Below are positions 45,986-55,261 of a stretch of DNA of 64,000 bases, in pieces. Positions within the stretch are counted from its first letter, which is position 1. Each line of letters begins with the position of its first letter. Where the stretch lies: positions 17,548 through 81,547 of the forward strand of contig JAGWWT010000001.1 of the NCBI GenBank assembly GCA_018970245.1. Direction: 5' to 3'. A program made the translations under genes and the position numbers. The notes under the pieces were generated by a model that did not search any database, was not told the origin of the DNA, and saw only the letters and a program-made list of their open reading frames with translations. Source of the stretch: Patescibacteria group bacterium. GTDB taxonomy: Bacteria; Patescibacteriota; Minisyncoccia; Phycocordibacterales; PALSA-1337.

Positions 45986-46080
45986 TTCAATGATGGGGCT
46001 GTTTTGTTGACAAATTCGGAAAACTCAGATAGCTTCACATACAGTCCAGTACCAATAAAAAATAGAAAACGGAGGCATGA

Positions 46081-47013
46081 ATGAATGATGTCGATATCAA
46101 GCTTCGTAGGCGGCAGGAGCAGGCTTCTGCTACTGCGGCACGCAAAGCTCTTGATGCAAATAATGCTGCCGAGGCCTTGCATCTTATAGATGGAGCCGTG
46201 GAGTTCTGGCCGCAAAATCTGATTATCATCATGAGCGTAATCGGATTTCACAGTCAAAAAAGACCCTTGGTCGAAAAGGCATACCGTCTTTTTGGTATCC
46301 AGCTCGATCTCTGCTCGAATGTATGTTCGCTCGTGCATCTCGCATTATGGGTCAGGAATCCATCGAGGGCGAAATCTATTCCATACCAGCTCAAGGAGGC
46401 GATCGATCGGCGACGCTTTAAGCTGGAACCGGATTGGGACGGCAAATGGGTCAATGCTGGGCTCGGTCCCAATAATCTCAGCTTGGCTTTGATAACGAAT
46501 CGTCCGGATGATGTGCATAATCCGGCAGATTGTCTCACTGCCGCCAGTCAGACAGGCAATTGGTTCCCATGGATAAACCGCTACCGCTTTCTCGGGGGCG
46601 ATTCAGATGACCCGGCCTATTTGAAGCTGATGGTCGCAAAGGCAGTGGCCAGCGGAAGGACACCCAAACGATATTTCAAGAGCATGCTCAAAAAGTTTGC
46701 GCATCTCGGGCGGATCCAAGAGGTCAGGAAATTCCTGATAAGGATAACACCCACCCGGTCGAGCTTAAAAGGCTTCGATCTGAATCCCGATATGGCTATA
46801 TGTGCTCTACGTATCTACAGCGAATGCGAGCGGCTTCAGCATACAGTCGACGACTGGGTGCACATAGCCAACAGCGCGCTGTACCTTGGTGAGCTATCGG
46901 TGGCCAAGACTGCCGCGCGTGTGCTTATCGAACATTCGGGAAACCCTGAAGTTGACAAGGCCTTGGCACGATTAAACCTAGTAATAGGCAGAGGAGAAAA
47001 CATGCTCCGATAG
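46081..47013 (+). CDS. Hypothetical protein
   Basis: 310-aa ORF with clearly lower GC than the backbone. Confidence 0.4.
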   Translation: MNDVDIKLRRRQEQASATAARKALDANNAAEALHLIDGAVEFWPQNLIIIMSVIGFHSQKRPLVEKAYRLFGIQLDLCSNVCSLVHLALWVRNPSRAKSIPYQLKEAIDRRRFKLEPDWDGKWVNAGLGPNNLSLALITNRPDDVHNPADCLTAASQTGNWFPWINRYRFLGGDSDDPAYLKLMVAKAVASGRTPKRYFKSMLKKFAHLGRIQEVRKFLIRITPTRSSLKGFDLNPDMAICALRIYSECERLQHTVDDWVHIANSALYLGELSVAKTAARVLIEHSGNPEVDKALARLNLVIGRGENMLR

Positions 47014-47108
47014 AGTCTGTCAAGTTGTAATCTGCGGGAGCCCGCCTTTATGGTCGGACTCCTGATTTTTAATACGGAACCTTTAAATTTTTTAGCCAAG
47101 ATAGTTCA

Positions 47109-47444
47109 GTGCAATTGTGCTATCATTCGAGCGTGAGGCGCTCAATGGTTCGGATCATAATGTATAATGTGCTCGTGAGTTTTCTCGCTAAAAAAGTATC
47201 AGAACGGCTGTTGAATTTTGTGAAAGGATTATCTATTGCGGTATTCGCTTTTCCGTCGGCCTTTTTCGTTTTCATTGTTGTGCTCTTTATATCTGGAGGC
47301 ACGATATTTCCGCCTGATGTTCCGAGCTCAGTTCCGATCTCAAATACTCCATATACAGTGGCTGGTGCAATTGCCTTTTTTACGTTCAGTCTACAATTTG
47401 TACACGGTATCTTCGTGATGTTCAGGAAAAGTGTGAAGGACTAG
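47109..47444 (+). CDS. Hypothetical small membrane protein (AT-rich)
   Basis: 111 aa with 2-3 TM helices. This is the lowest-GC gene in the window. Confidence 0.35.
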   Translation: MQLCYHSSVRRSMVRIIMYNVLVSFLAKKVSERLLNFVKGLSIAVFAFPSAFFVFIVVLFISGGTIFPPDVPSSVPISNTPYTVAGAIAFFTFSLQFVHGIFVMFRKSVKD

Positions 47445-47461
47445 TATAACTACCCACGTCT

Positions 47462-48079
47462 ATGCCAAAGAAACAGCACAAAGCAGTAGCATTCGATTTC
47501 GGGGGAGTCATCCGCCTGAATGATCAAGGCGATGTATTAGCCAAGGTCGCTCATCTTCTAGGTGTGAGCGACGATGCCTTTAGAGAAGCCTATTATCAGC
47601 ACAATCATCTTTCCAATGTCCAAAACGCTCCATGGGAGGATATCGTCGCCGGAGTGGCACGGCTTTTCGACAGTCGGCCGCAAACCGAAAAAGAGGTCAG
47701 GAAGATCATCGAAGAGTTCAGAAATGGAGATTATTTGAACCGAGAGTTGCTCGATCTGCTTCCGCGGCTGCGTGCGAAAGGGCTTAAGACTGCGATTTTC
47801 AGCAATGCGCAATCTGAGCTGAGGAAGTATCTGGTGTCTGAAGGGATAGACAAGATGGTCGATGAGGTCGTCATCTCAGGAGAGATAGGGCATCAAAAGC
47901 CGCATAAGGAAGCATTCCAAGTGCTTTTCGAAAGGCTGAAGGTCTTGCCCGAAGAAGTGGCATTCATAGATGATTCCAAGAAGAGCCTGGAAAAAGCGTC
48001 TGAAATAGGTTACACGCCTATCCTATTCAAGGATAACCAGCAGCTTAAAAGCGAGCTCGCCAGTCTCGGATTGATGTGA
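47462..48079 (+). CDS. HAD-superfamily hydrolase
   Basis: 205 aa. AVAFDFGGVI is HAD motif I (DxD-like), with downstream motifs II and III (K...DD). Confidence 0.55.
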   Translation: MPKKQHKAVAFDFGGVIRLNDQGDVLAKVAHLLGVSDDAFREAYYQHNHLSNVQNAPWEDIVAGVARLFDSRPQTEKEVRKIIEEFRNGDYLNRELLDLLPRLRAKGLKTAIFSNAQSELRKYLVSEGIDKMVDEVVISGEIGHQKPHKEAFQVLFERLKVLPEEVAFIDDSKKSLEKASEIGYTPILFKDNQQLKSELASLGLM

Positions 48080-48128
48080 GCTAGCATCTGTCTATTGCCT
48101 TTTCCGTGATGGCTCCTATAATGCCGAT

Positions 48129-49127
48129 ATGAACAGAAATGAGGCAAAAAACCGCTGTAATGGCCCGCAAACAAAGACGTCTTACGGATTTATGAGAGCC
48201 CGCACCGCATCAGTCCTAGGGAGCGTGATCCTGGGGGCGGCTTTATTCGCTTTTCTGCCGGCTGGCAGAGCCGATGCCCAGATCTTCCCGTTCCCATTCG
48301 GAGGAGGTTCGCACTCCAGCCCTCTCGGCTTCTTGCCAAATCCAGGCCGCCTGCCGAATCCTCTCAGCATATTGCCGAATCCATTCGGATCGCCGATAGG
48401 CCACGATTACGGCTACGGCAACAACCACGGCTATAACAACAATTACAACTACAATTATAACTACAACTATAATTCCAACCGCGGACCTTATCCGCCTCCG
48501 GCATATCACCCGCCAGAGCCGCGCCCAAATCCGCAACCATATCCGTATCCGATCCCACACCCCCAGCCGAATCCTCGCCCATATCCATATCCGTCGCCGT
48601 ATCCTTCGCCGGTGCCATATCCGGTGCCATATCCTGTCCCGCAGCCGGTCTACTACCCACAACCTCAACCTGTGGTCCAGCCGATCTATTATCCTCAGCC
48701 TCAGCCTGTGGTCCAGCCCATAGTCTATCAACAGCCGGTCTATGTGCCCCCGCCGCAGCCAGTCTACGTACAACAGCCGCAGCCGATCGTCATAAGCCAG
48801 CCGCAACCCGTCTACGTCCAGCAGCAGCCGGTCATCGTGAGCCAGCCGTATCAGTCATACCCCCAGTCGCTCTCCATATCCTGCTATCCGGATTCGACGA
48901 CCGTTTACAACAACCGATTCGTGACATGGACAGCCGATGTCACCGGCGGCGTCACGCCCTACGCTTATTCTTGGAGCGGGACAGAGTACACCGGCAATAT
49001 GAGCTCGAGCCAGATATACCAGTACTACCAGTATCTCGGATACAAGACTATGAATGTGACCGTCCGCTCTGCCGACGGCCAGACGGCATTCGCCAGCTGC
49101 GGCTCGGTGAACGTGATAGATCCATAG
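48129..49127 (+). CDS. Secreted low-complexity protein (NY and PQPV repeats) with a conserved C-terminal module
   Basis: Signal peptide; (NY)n; P/Q/V/Y-rich repeats. The C-terminal TVRSADGQTAFASCGSVNV is shared with the 51472 gene. Confidence 0.55.
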   Translation: MNRNEAKNRCNGPQTKTSYGFMRARTASVLGSVILGAALFAFLPAGRADAQIFPFPFGGGSHSSPLGFLPNPGRLPNPLSILPNPFGSPIGHDYGYGNNHGYNNNYNYNYNYNYNSNRGPYPPPAYHPPEPRPNPQPYPYPIPHPQPNPRPYPYPSPYPSPVPYPVPYPVPQPVYYPQPQPVVQPIYYPQPQPVVQPIVYQQPVYVPPPQPVYVQQPQPIVISQPQPVYVQQQPVIVSQPYQSYPQSLSISCYPDSTTVYNNRFVTWTADVTGGVTPYAYSWSGTEYTGNMSSSQIYQYYQYLGYKTMNVTVRSADGQTAFASCGSVNVIDP

Positions 49128-49148
49128 TCCCGTGCTATCATCTTCCGC

Positions 49149-51374
49149 ATGGCTGTACCCGATAGCTTTTTGAAGCCCTACGATCCTGGGGCTACCGAAG
49201 ACCGCATATACTCGCTCTGGGAGAAGAGCGGCTTTTTCGATCCTGACGATCTGCCTGAAAGGAACAAGAATGGCGAGCCTTTTTCCATAGTCCTGCCCCC
49301 GCCTAACGTGACAGGCACCCTCCATATGGGCCATGCCGCCATGCTCGCTATCGAGGACATAATGATCAGATACAAGCGGATGCGCGGATACAGGACATTG
49401 TGGCTTCCTGGCACGGATCACGCAGCCATCGCCACGCAATCCAAGGTCGAGAAAGAGATAGTCAAGAAGGAGGGCAAGAATCGCCACGACCTAGGACGAG
49501 AGGAGTTCCTGAAGCGCGTTGGCGAGTTCGCCAAGAATAGCCACGACACGATAGTCAATCAGGTCCGCAAGATGGGCGCTTCAGTCGACTGGTCGCGGGA
49601 AGCATTCACTTTGGATGAGAAGCGCTCCTTCGCTGTCCGGACCGCCTTCAAGCGCATGTACGATATGGGCCTCATTTACCGCGGCAACCGCATCGTCAAT
49701 TGGGATCCGAAGGGGCAGACCACTATCTCCGACGATGAGATCGTCTATAAGGAAGAGAAGACGAAGTTCTATTATTTCAAATACGGCCCGTTCGTCATCG
49801 GCACAGCCAGGCCTGAGACGAAGTTCGGCGACAAGTACGTCGTCATGCATCCGGACGATGCGCGCTACGCCGCTTACAAGCATGGCCAGAAGATCGACCT
49901 TGAATGGATAAACGGCCCTATCACGGCGACGGTCATCAAGGATGCTTCTATCGACATGGAGTTCGGGACCGGCGTCATGACGATCACGCCTTGGCACAGC
50001 GCTGTGGATTTCGACATAGCCGAACGGCATAAGCTCGACAAAGAGCAGATCATCGATACATTCGGCAAGCTCCTGCCCGTAGCGGGCGAGTTCGCCGGCA
50101 TGAAGATCGCCGAAGCCAGGCCCAAGATCGTGGAGAAGCTCCGCGCTAAAGGCCTCGTAGAAAAGGAAGAAGACTACGTCCACAACATCGCTACCGCTGA
50201 GCGCACTGGCGGCCTAGTGGAGCCTCAGATCATGAAGCAATGGTTCGTCGGGGTGAATACGAGGTTCGAGATCCCGGGCGCCAAAAAAGGCTCGAGCAGC
50301 AAGACTCTCAAAGAGATTATGAAGGAAGCTGTCGAGTCCGGAAAGATAAAGATCATTCCTGACAGATTCGAGAAGATCTATTATCACTGGATAGACAATC
50401 TCCGCGATTGGTGCATCTCGCGCCAGATCTGGTATGGGCACAGAGTGCCGGTGTGGTACAGGAGGGCAGAGATTGGAGATGAGAGATTAGATATTAGAGA
50501 TGAGAGATCAGAGACTAGAGAGGAGGTGTATGTGGGCGTGGAGGCGCCGGAAGGGGAAGGTTGGAGACAAGATGAAGACACTCTCGATACCTGGTTCTCG
50601 TCGGGCCTCTGGACATTCTCGACCCTAGGCTGGCCGGAAGAGACCGAAGACCTCAAGCTCTACCACCCGACCGACGTCCTCGAGACGGGCTATGACATCC
50701 TCTTTTTCTGGGTGGCCAGGATGATCCTCATGACCGGATGCCTTCTCGGTGATGTACCGTTCAAGACAGTCTATCTCCATGGCCTCGTCCGCGATGGGAA
50801 GGGCCGCAAGATGTCCAAATCGCTGGACAACATCATCGATCCTCTGGACATGATCAAGAAGTACGGCGGCGACGCCACGCGCCTGTCGCTCATCATCGGC
50901 ACCGGACCAGGGAACGATCTCAAGCTCTCCGAGGACAAAGTCCGCGGCTACAAGAATTTCGCTAATAAGCTCTGGAACATCACTCGTTTCGTCCTGGAAT
51001 CAGCCGGCGGCGAGGCCATCGACAAAGCCTTCGAAGGCTACACGGACGCAGACGCCAAGCTCCGCAAGGCCAGGCGTGCGTTCCTGGAAGAGATCACCCG
51101 CGAAATGGAGGAGTTCAAATTCTACCTGGTAGGCGAAAAGCTATATCACTATGCCTGGCATGAATTCGCGGACAAGATCCTAGAGGATAGCAAGAAGATA
51201 TTCAGGGAGGGGGATGAAAAGGCCCAGAGGTCACGCCGCCAGCTTTTGCTCCATACGCTGGACGATATCTTGCGGGCTCTGCATCCATTCATGCCATTCG
51301 TGACTGAAGAGATCTGGAGGGCTATGGATCGGGATCAGGGCATGCTCATGGTCCAGGAATGGCCGATCGCCTAA
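49149..51374 (+). CDS. valS: Valyl-tRNA synthetase (short form) with a repeat-encoded insertion
   Basis: 741 aa with PPPNVTGTLHMGHA (HIGH), KMSKS and an editing domain. Lacks the long C-terminal coiled coil. Confidence 0.9.
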   Translation: MAVPDSFLKPYDPGATEDRIYSLWEKSGFFDPDDLPERNKNGEPFSIVLPPPNVTGTLHMGHAAMLAIEDIMIRYKRMRGYRTLWLPGTDHAAIATQSKVEKEIVKKEGKNRHDLGREEFLKRVGEFAKNSHDTIVNQVRKMGASVDWSREAFTLDEKRSFAVRTAFKRMYDMGLIYRGNRIVNWDPKGQTTISDDEIVYKEEKTKFYYFKYGPFVIGTARPETKFGDKYVVMHPDDARYAAYKHGQKIDLEWINGPITATVIKDASIDMEFGTGVMTITPWHSAVDFDIAERHKLDKEQIIDTFGKLLPVAGEFAGMKIAEARPKIVEKLRAKGLVEKEEDYVHNIATAERTGGLVEPQIMKQWFVGVNTRFEIPGAKKGSSSKTLKEIMKEAVESGKIKIIPDRFEKIYYHWIDNLRDWCISRQIWYGHRVPVWYRRAEIGDERLDIRDERSETREEVYVGVEAPEGEGWRQDEDTLDTWFSSGLWTFSTLGWPEETEDLKLYHPTDVLETGYDILFFWVARMILMTGCLLGDVPFKTVYLHGLVRDGKGRKMSKSLDNIIDPLDMIKKYGGDATRLSLIIGTGPGNDLKLSEDKVRGYKNFANKLWNITRFVLESAGGEAIDKAFEGYTDADAKLRKARRAFLEEITREMEEFKFYLVGEKLYHYAWHEFADKILEDSKKIFREGDEKAQRSRRQLLLHTLDDILRALHPFMPFVTEEIWRAMDRDQGMLMVQEWPIA
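50476..50517 (+). repeat. Six degenerate heptamers (42 nt) in-frame inside valS
   Basis: gatgaga gattaga tattaga gatgaga gatcaga gactaga encodes DERLDIRDERSETR, located between the WYGHR(V)P(V)WY motif and RQDEDTLDTWFSS. Confidence 0.75.
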
Positions 51375-51471
51375 ACAGACCCCGTCTGCCTGGGTTCTTA
51401 TCCACATGCGCCATCGAATAGAACGGCGCTTTGCGGTACAATTCAGGAAACAGGCTTTTTAGCCATAAACT

Positions 51472-52755
51472 ATGAAAAAATATATCATCCCGTCGATAGT
51501 CGTCGTCGCGCTCCTAGTGTTCTACGGCAGCATATATGGTCCCAGGAATGCCAGCGCCATCACTAACCCTTCTCCGACAGCTGCCGATTTCTCCGGCTGG
51601 GCCTGGTCTTCCAATACTGGCTGGGTGAGCGTTAACGGGTCTGATGCAGGAACGGGCACGAATGGTTCCGGCAGCAGCCCATACCCATACAAAGTCACCG
51701 CCGATCTCGGTACCGGACAGCTTTCAGGATACGCCTGGTCACAGTATCTAGGATGGATCAGCTTCAATTCGTCTGACGTGAGCAGCTGCGGCTCGGCCCC
51801 GACGATCCTGTCGAACGGCCAAGTGACCGGCTGGGCCAAGGTCCTATCGCTCGCGAGCGGCGATGGCTGCATTGAGCTTTCCGGCTCCAATCACGCCGCG
51901 CCTAACTTCAGCGGCTATCAGGGCACTTCGACTCAGGGCTTGACCCTTAGCTCGACCACCGATGCTATAAGCGGGTTCGCTTGGGAACCGACGGATGCCG
52001 GCTGGATGCAATTCAACATCAAATGTCCGGGATGTTCGTCGCTTTTCCCGCCCACGGACTACGCTATCAACGCGACGTGCAGCCAGAAGATCACTACTGA
52101 CCCGACGACCGGATATGTGACGGCTTCATTCAGCTCGACCGCTTCGAGCAATGCACCGACTCCCACGTATACATACATCTGGAATCCTGGAACAGGAGGT
52201 ACGGTGACTCATGGCCCGACTAGCCTATCTACTGATACCTATGGGATAACCTACACCCCCGGCACATACCCTGTCACATATTCGCCTTCCGTAACGGTCA
52301 AGGACAATCAAGGCGATACGGCTTATGCCTCTTGCGGATCAGTGACGGTTTCGCCAGTGAATACCAATGGGACGTCGAACGCGATCAGCTTGGGCATAGG
52401 CAGCACCGTTAGCCAAGCTACTCAGAATGAGCAGACGCCTAACTCGACGATCACGATAAGGCAGCAGAGGCCGTTCGCTCTGGCATGGACGAACACGCTG
52501 GATAATACGAAGTACAGCTGTACGGCTACTATGACGGCGGATGGAAATAACTGGTCCAATTACTGGAATAACGGGGCTCTCACAGACAGTAACGGCAATT
52601 TCACCTCGAGCAATACTGGGCAATACATGAGCTCAGGCCTGGCGCCGTATGGCACCTACACCTTTACGATGACGTGTTCGCCAAACAATACGGGTACGAC
52701 GCAGACGGCCACAGCCAACCTGAAGATCATCAGCGCCAGCGAGGGTGAGAAATAG
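51472..52755 (+). CDS. Secreted Ser/Thr/Gly-rich protein with a conserved C-terminal module
   Basis: 427 aa with a signal peptide. TVKDNQGDTAYASCGSVTV matches the C-terminal module of 48129..49127. Confidence 0.55.
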   Translation: MKKYIIPSIVVVALLVFYGSIYGPRNASAITNPSPTAADFSGWAWSSNTGWVSVNGSDAGTGTNGSGSSPYPYKVTADLGTGQLSGYAWSQYLGWISFNSSDVSSCGSAPTILSNGQVTGWAKVLSLASGDGCIELSGSNHAAPNFSGYQGTSTQGLTLSSTTDAISGFAWEPTDAGWMQFNIKCPGCSSLFPPTDYAINATCSQKITTDPTTGYVTASFSSTASSNAPTPTYTYIWNPGTGGTVTHGPTSLSTDTYGITYTPGTYPVTYSPSVTVKDNQGDTAYASCGSVTVSPVNTNGTSNAISLGIGSTVSQATQNEQTPNSTITIRQQRPFALAWTNTLDNTKYSCTATMTADGNNWSNYWNNGALTDSNGNFTSSNTGQYMSSGLAPYGTYTFTMTCSPNNTGTTQTATANLKIISASEGEK

Positions 52756-52803
52756 GAAACAGAATAGAGGGAGGGGAATCGGAAAAGATCAGGCAAATTT
52801 AAT

Positions 52804-52837
52804 GAGCGCACCGGTCTTGGACCAGTGCGCTCTTTCG
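52804..52837 (+). terminator. Rho-independent terminator
   Basis: GAGCGCACcggtcttggaccaGTGCGCTC followed by TTTCGC. Confidence 0.5.
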
Positions 52838-53163
52838 CTAGCGGGCTGAAACTTAATCGCGATCTCAGTCGGCTTTCTGCCCCCGAACGATCCAGGGGAC
52901 GAACTGAAAGGACTTGAAACTGACGGGCAACCGCACGATCTCCCTGACCTTTCTCTCTGCGGTTTCCGGGGCTATCGTACCATCCGCGGCCTGTCGCATG
53001 ATATCGAAGGCCAATCTTGCTCTGCGGCGTCTCATCATAAGGTGCTCCTTTCTTGCCTAAAGGTTTTTACAATTATAACACCTTTCCCTGTGGGCGTCAA
53101 GCTAAACTGCAAGAAGCTAATCCCGCGCATCACTCTACCACGAAACCGCTTATTTTCAACCCG

Positions 53164-53634
53164 CTATTTCAACAGCTCCTCGATGACAGCTTTGACATCT
53201 GCGCCATCGGCCTTTCCGCCGAGCTCTTTCATGACCATGCCTGTGAGCTTGCCGACAGCAGCGGGCATAGGGCTCGCGCCTATGGCGCCGGACTTCTTGA
53301 GTTCGTCTACTTTCGGCTTGGCGATCTTGGCTATCTCCTCGCGGCTCATGGATTTCGGCAAGAAAGCCTCGAGGATCGCGAGCTCCTTCTTCTCCTTGTC
53401 GGCCAGATCCGCGCGGCCGCCTTTTTCGAACTGTTCGATCGAATCCTTGCGCTGCTTGACGGCACGCTTCACGAGGGGCATGGACTTGTCGTCAGGAAGG
53501 AAATCGGTGACCAGTTTCGAAGCAATCATCTCATTTTGGAACATGGCATTGAGCCCGCGGAGGGTGTCCAGCTTGAGCTGATCCTTGGCGCGCATGGCTT
53601 CCTTGATCTGTTCCTTGATGTCTTTGTGTAGCAT
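53164..53634 (-). CDS. GatB/YqeY-domain protein
   Basis: Start MLHKDIKEQIKEAMRAKD. Typical YqeY helical protein of about 156 aa. Confidence 0.6.
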   Translation of the reverse strand: MLHKDIKEQIKEAMRAKDQLKLDTLRGLNAMFQNEMIASKLVTDFLPDDKSMPLVKRAVKQRKDSIEQFEKGGRADLADKEKKELAILEAFLPKSMSREEIAKIAKPKVDELKKSGAIGASPMPAAVGKLTGMVMKELGGKADGADVKAVIEELLK

Positions 53635-53744
53635 GGGAGTATCGTTGGGGGTAATTATCGGATATGAATCTGGAATATGCAACAGGTGACAAGGCGATCA
53701 CGGCAGGATTTTGTACAGCGTCCCTACCGTGTTCTCGAAAGTCA

Positions 53745-53826
53745 ATTTTTTGCAATTGAGAAAATTCACAGGTTTTTCGACGGATCATAGCCCTCGTTTT
53801 GGAAAATATTCTCAATTGCAAAAAAT
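53745..53826. promoter_or_regulatory. Pair of 18-bp perfect inverted repeats (ATTTTTTGCAATTGAGAA / TTCTCAATTGCAAAAAAT) 46 bp apart
   Basis: Located in the divergent yqeY/rmuC intergenic region. Each arm contains the CAATTG palindrome. Confidence 0.45.
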
Positions 53827-53934
53827 CAAGTTTTGGATGTGCCTTGGATATGCCTAAAATATGCCTGAATGGCTGCGCCCTGTCAGATTCTGGCCGTGCT
53901 TGCTGCCTTAAGACCAGTCAAATATACTTACTTC

Positions 53935-54999
53935 ATGGAAAAGATGCTTATCATCCTCGTCGCTCTGGCCATAGCCGCCAACATCGTCATGCTTTTCGCA
54001 TTCTTGCGCCGCCGGGAAGCGCCAAAGGCTGACGCGAGCGCTTCTGATGGCTACAAGCTGATAATGGAACAGGTGAATGACCTGCGCCGGACCATGGACG
54101 ACCGGATGATCAGGAATACCCGCGATATGCACGATGCTCTCCACAGGCAGTTCAGCGAGTCACAGAAGCTCATCAAAGATATAACGAGCGAGCTTGTCCA
54201 GGTCAAAGAAACAGGCAAACAGGTGGTCTCGTTCGCCGATCAGCTACAGAATCTACAGGATATCCTCAAGAATCCGAAGCATAGGGGGATCCTCGGTGAA
54301 TATTATCTGGAGACTCTGTTGAAGAACGTCCTGCCGCCGGGACAGTACCAGATGCAGTATCCATTCGCTAATGGCGAGATAGTGGACGCGGCGATATTCG
54401 TGAAGGATAAGATAATACCCGTGGATTCCAAGTTCTCTCTTGAGAACTACAACAAACTGGCCGAGGCTCGTGATCCGGGCGAGAAGGAGCGCCTCGAAAA
54501 AGCCTTCGTCAACGACTTGAAGATCCGTATCCAGGAGACCTCGAAGTATATCCGGCCTATGGAAGGGACGATGGAGTTCGCATTCATGTTCATCCCGCAC
54601 GAGGCGATATATTACGACCTTCTCGTGAATAAGATCGGAGCGGTCACAGATGACACGGATAATCTCATCCAGCGCGCTGCGAGCAAATACAAGGTGATCA
54701 TCGTCTCGCCGACCTCATTCCTGGCTTATCTACAGACTGTCCTCCAGGGATTGAAGGCTCTGCAGATCGAGGAGACGGCCAAGGACATAATCAAGCGCGT
54801 CTCTGAGCTGGGCACGCACCTGAAGAAGTACGAGGATTACCACTCGAAGCTCGGGTCATCATTGTCCACTGTCGTGAATCACTACAATAATGCTGGCAAG
54901 GAGCTCAAAAAAGTGGATAAGGATATCCTGAGGATAACCGAATCTTCGCCTGGCCTAGAATCGCCGATGATCGATAGGCCAGAATTGGTGGGGGAATAA
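53935..54999 (+). CDS. rmuC: DNA recombination protein RmuC
   Basis: Start MEKMLIILVALAI: N-terminal TM, coiled coil, C-terminal RmuC nuclease-like domain. Confidence 0.7.
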   Translation: MEKMLIILVALAIAANIVMLFAFLRRREAPKADASASDGYKLIMEQVNDLRRTMDDRMIRNTRDMHDALHRQFSESQKLIKDITSELVQVKETGKQVVSFADQLQNLQDILKNPKHRGILGEYYLETLLKNVLPPGQYQMQYPFANGEIVDAAIFVKDKIIPVDSKFSLENYNKLAEARDPGEKERLEKAFVNDLKIRIQETSKYIRPMEGTMEFAFMFIPHEAIYYDLLVNKIGAVTDDTDNLIQRAASKYKVIIVSPTSFLAYLQTVLQGLKALQIEETAKDIIKRVSELGTHLKKYEDYHSKLGSSLSTVVNHYNNAGKELKKVDKDILRITESSPGLESPMIDRPELVGE

Positions 55000-55019
55000 A
55001 GTTATCCACACCCTCTCGA

Positions 55020-55049
55020 TTGACAGGTGAACGCTCGTTCACCTATACT
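55020..55049 (+). promoter_or_regulatory. Promoter TTGACA-N18-TATACT with an embedded Cheo-type LexA box AGGTGAACGCTCGTTCACCT
   Basis: Perfect 9-2-9 palindrome containing GAAC-N4-GTTC, located between -35 and -10. The ATG at 55056 is 6 nt after the -10, which implies a leaderless transcript. Confidence 0.6.
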
Positions 55050-55055
55050 GTGTGC

Positions 55056-55259
55056 ATGAGCAAGCATCAAGCCATCAGGGCCATTCGTGTCGAGATCGAG
55101 AGGCTCAATCAGGAGATCGACCTCAAGATCATAAGAGGCGCTTCGTACAGGCGCGAAGCTCTCCGGCACAAGACCCTGATGGCGCAGCTCGCTCGTTTGT
55201 CGCCGCGCAGGAAGTATTTCGCCGGGTTCGGCAATTTCGTAAGGATGTTCCTATTTTGA
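55056..55259 (+). CDS. Small basic protein (67 aa) cotranscribed with lexA
   Basis: MSKHQAIRAIRVEIERLNQEIDLKIIRGASYRREALRHKTLMAQLARL, possibly DUF465/YdcH-like. Its stop lies 2 nt before the lexA start. Confidence 0.4.
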   Translation: MSKHQAIRAIRVEIERLNQEIDLKIIRGASYRREALRHKTLMAQLARLSPRRKYFAGFGNFVRMFLF

Positions 55260-55261
55260 AT

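Noticed and set aside
48129-52755. Diversity-generating retroelement (DGR) involving the Avd-like 4HB proteins and the repetitive secreted proteins
   Set aside because: No reverse transcriptase gene and no template/variable repeat pair is present in the window. The 4HB genes are stand-alone.
52829-53002. 57-aa minus-strand ORF (MMRRRRARLAFDIM...)
   Set aside because: Below a meaningful length, Arg-rich, with no RBS or motif support. It may be real but cannot be supported from sequence alone.
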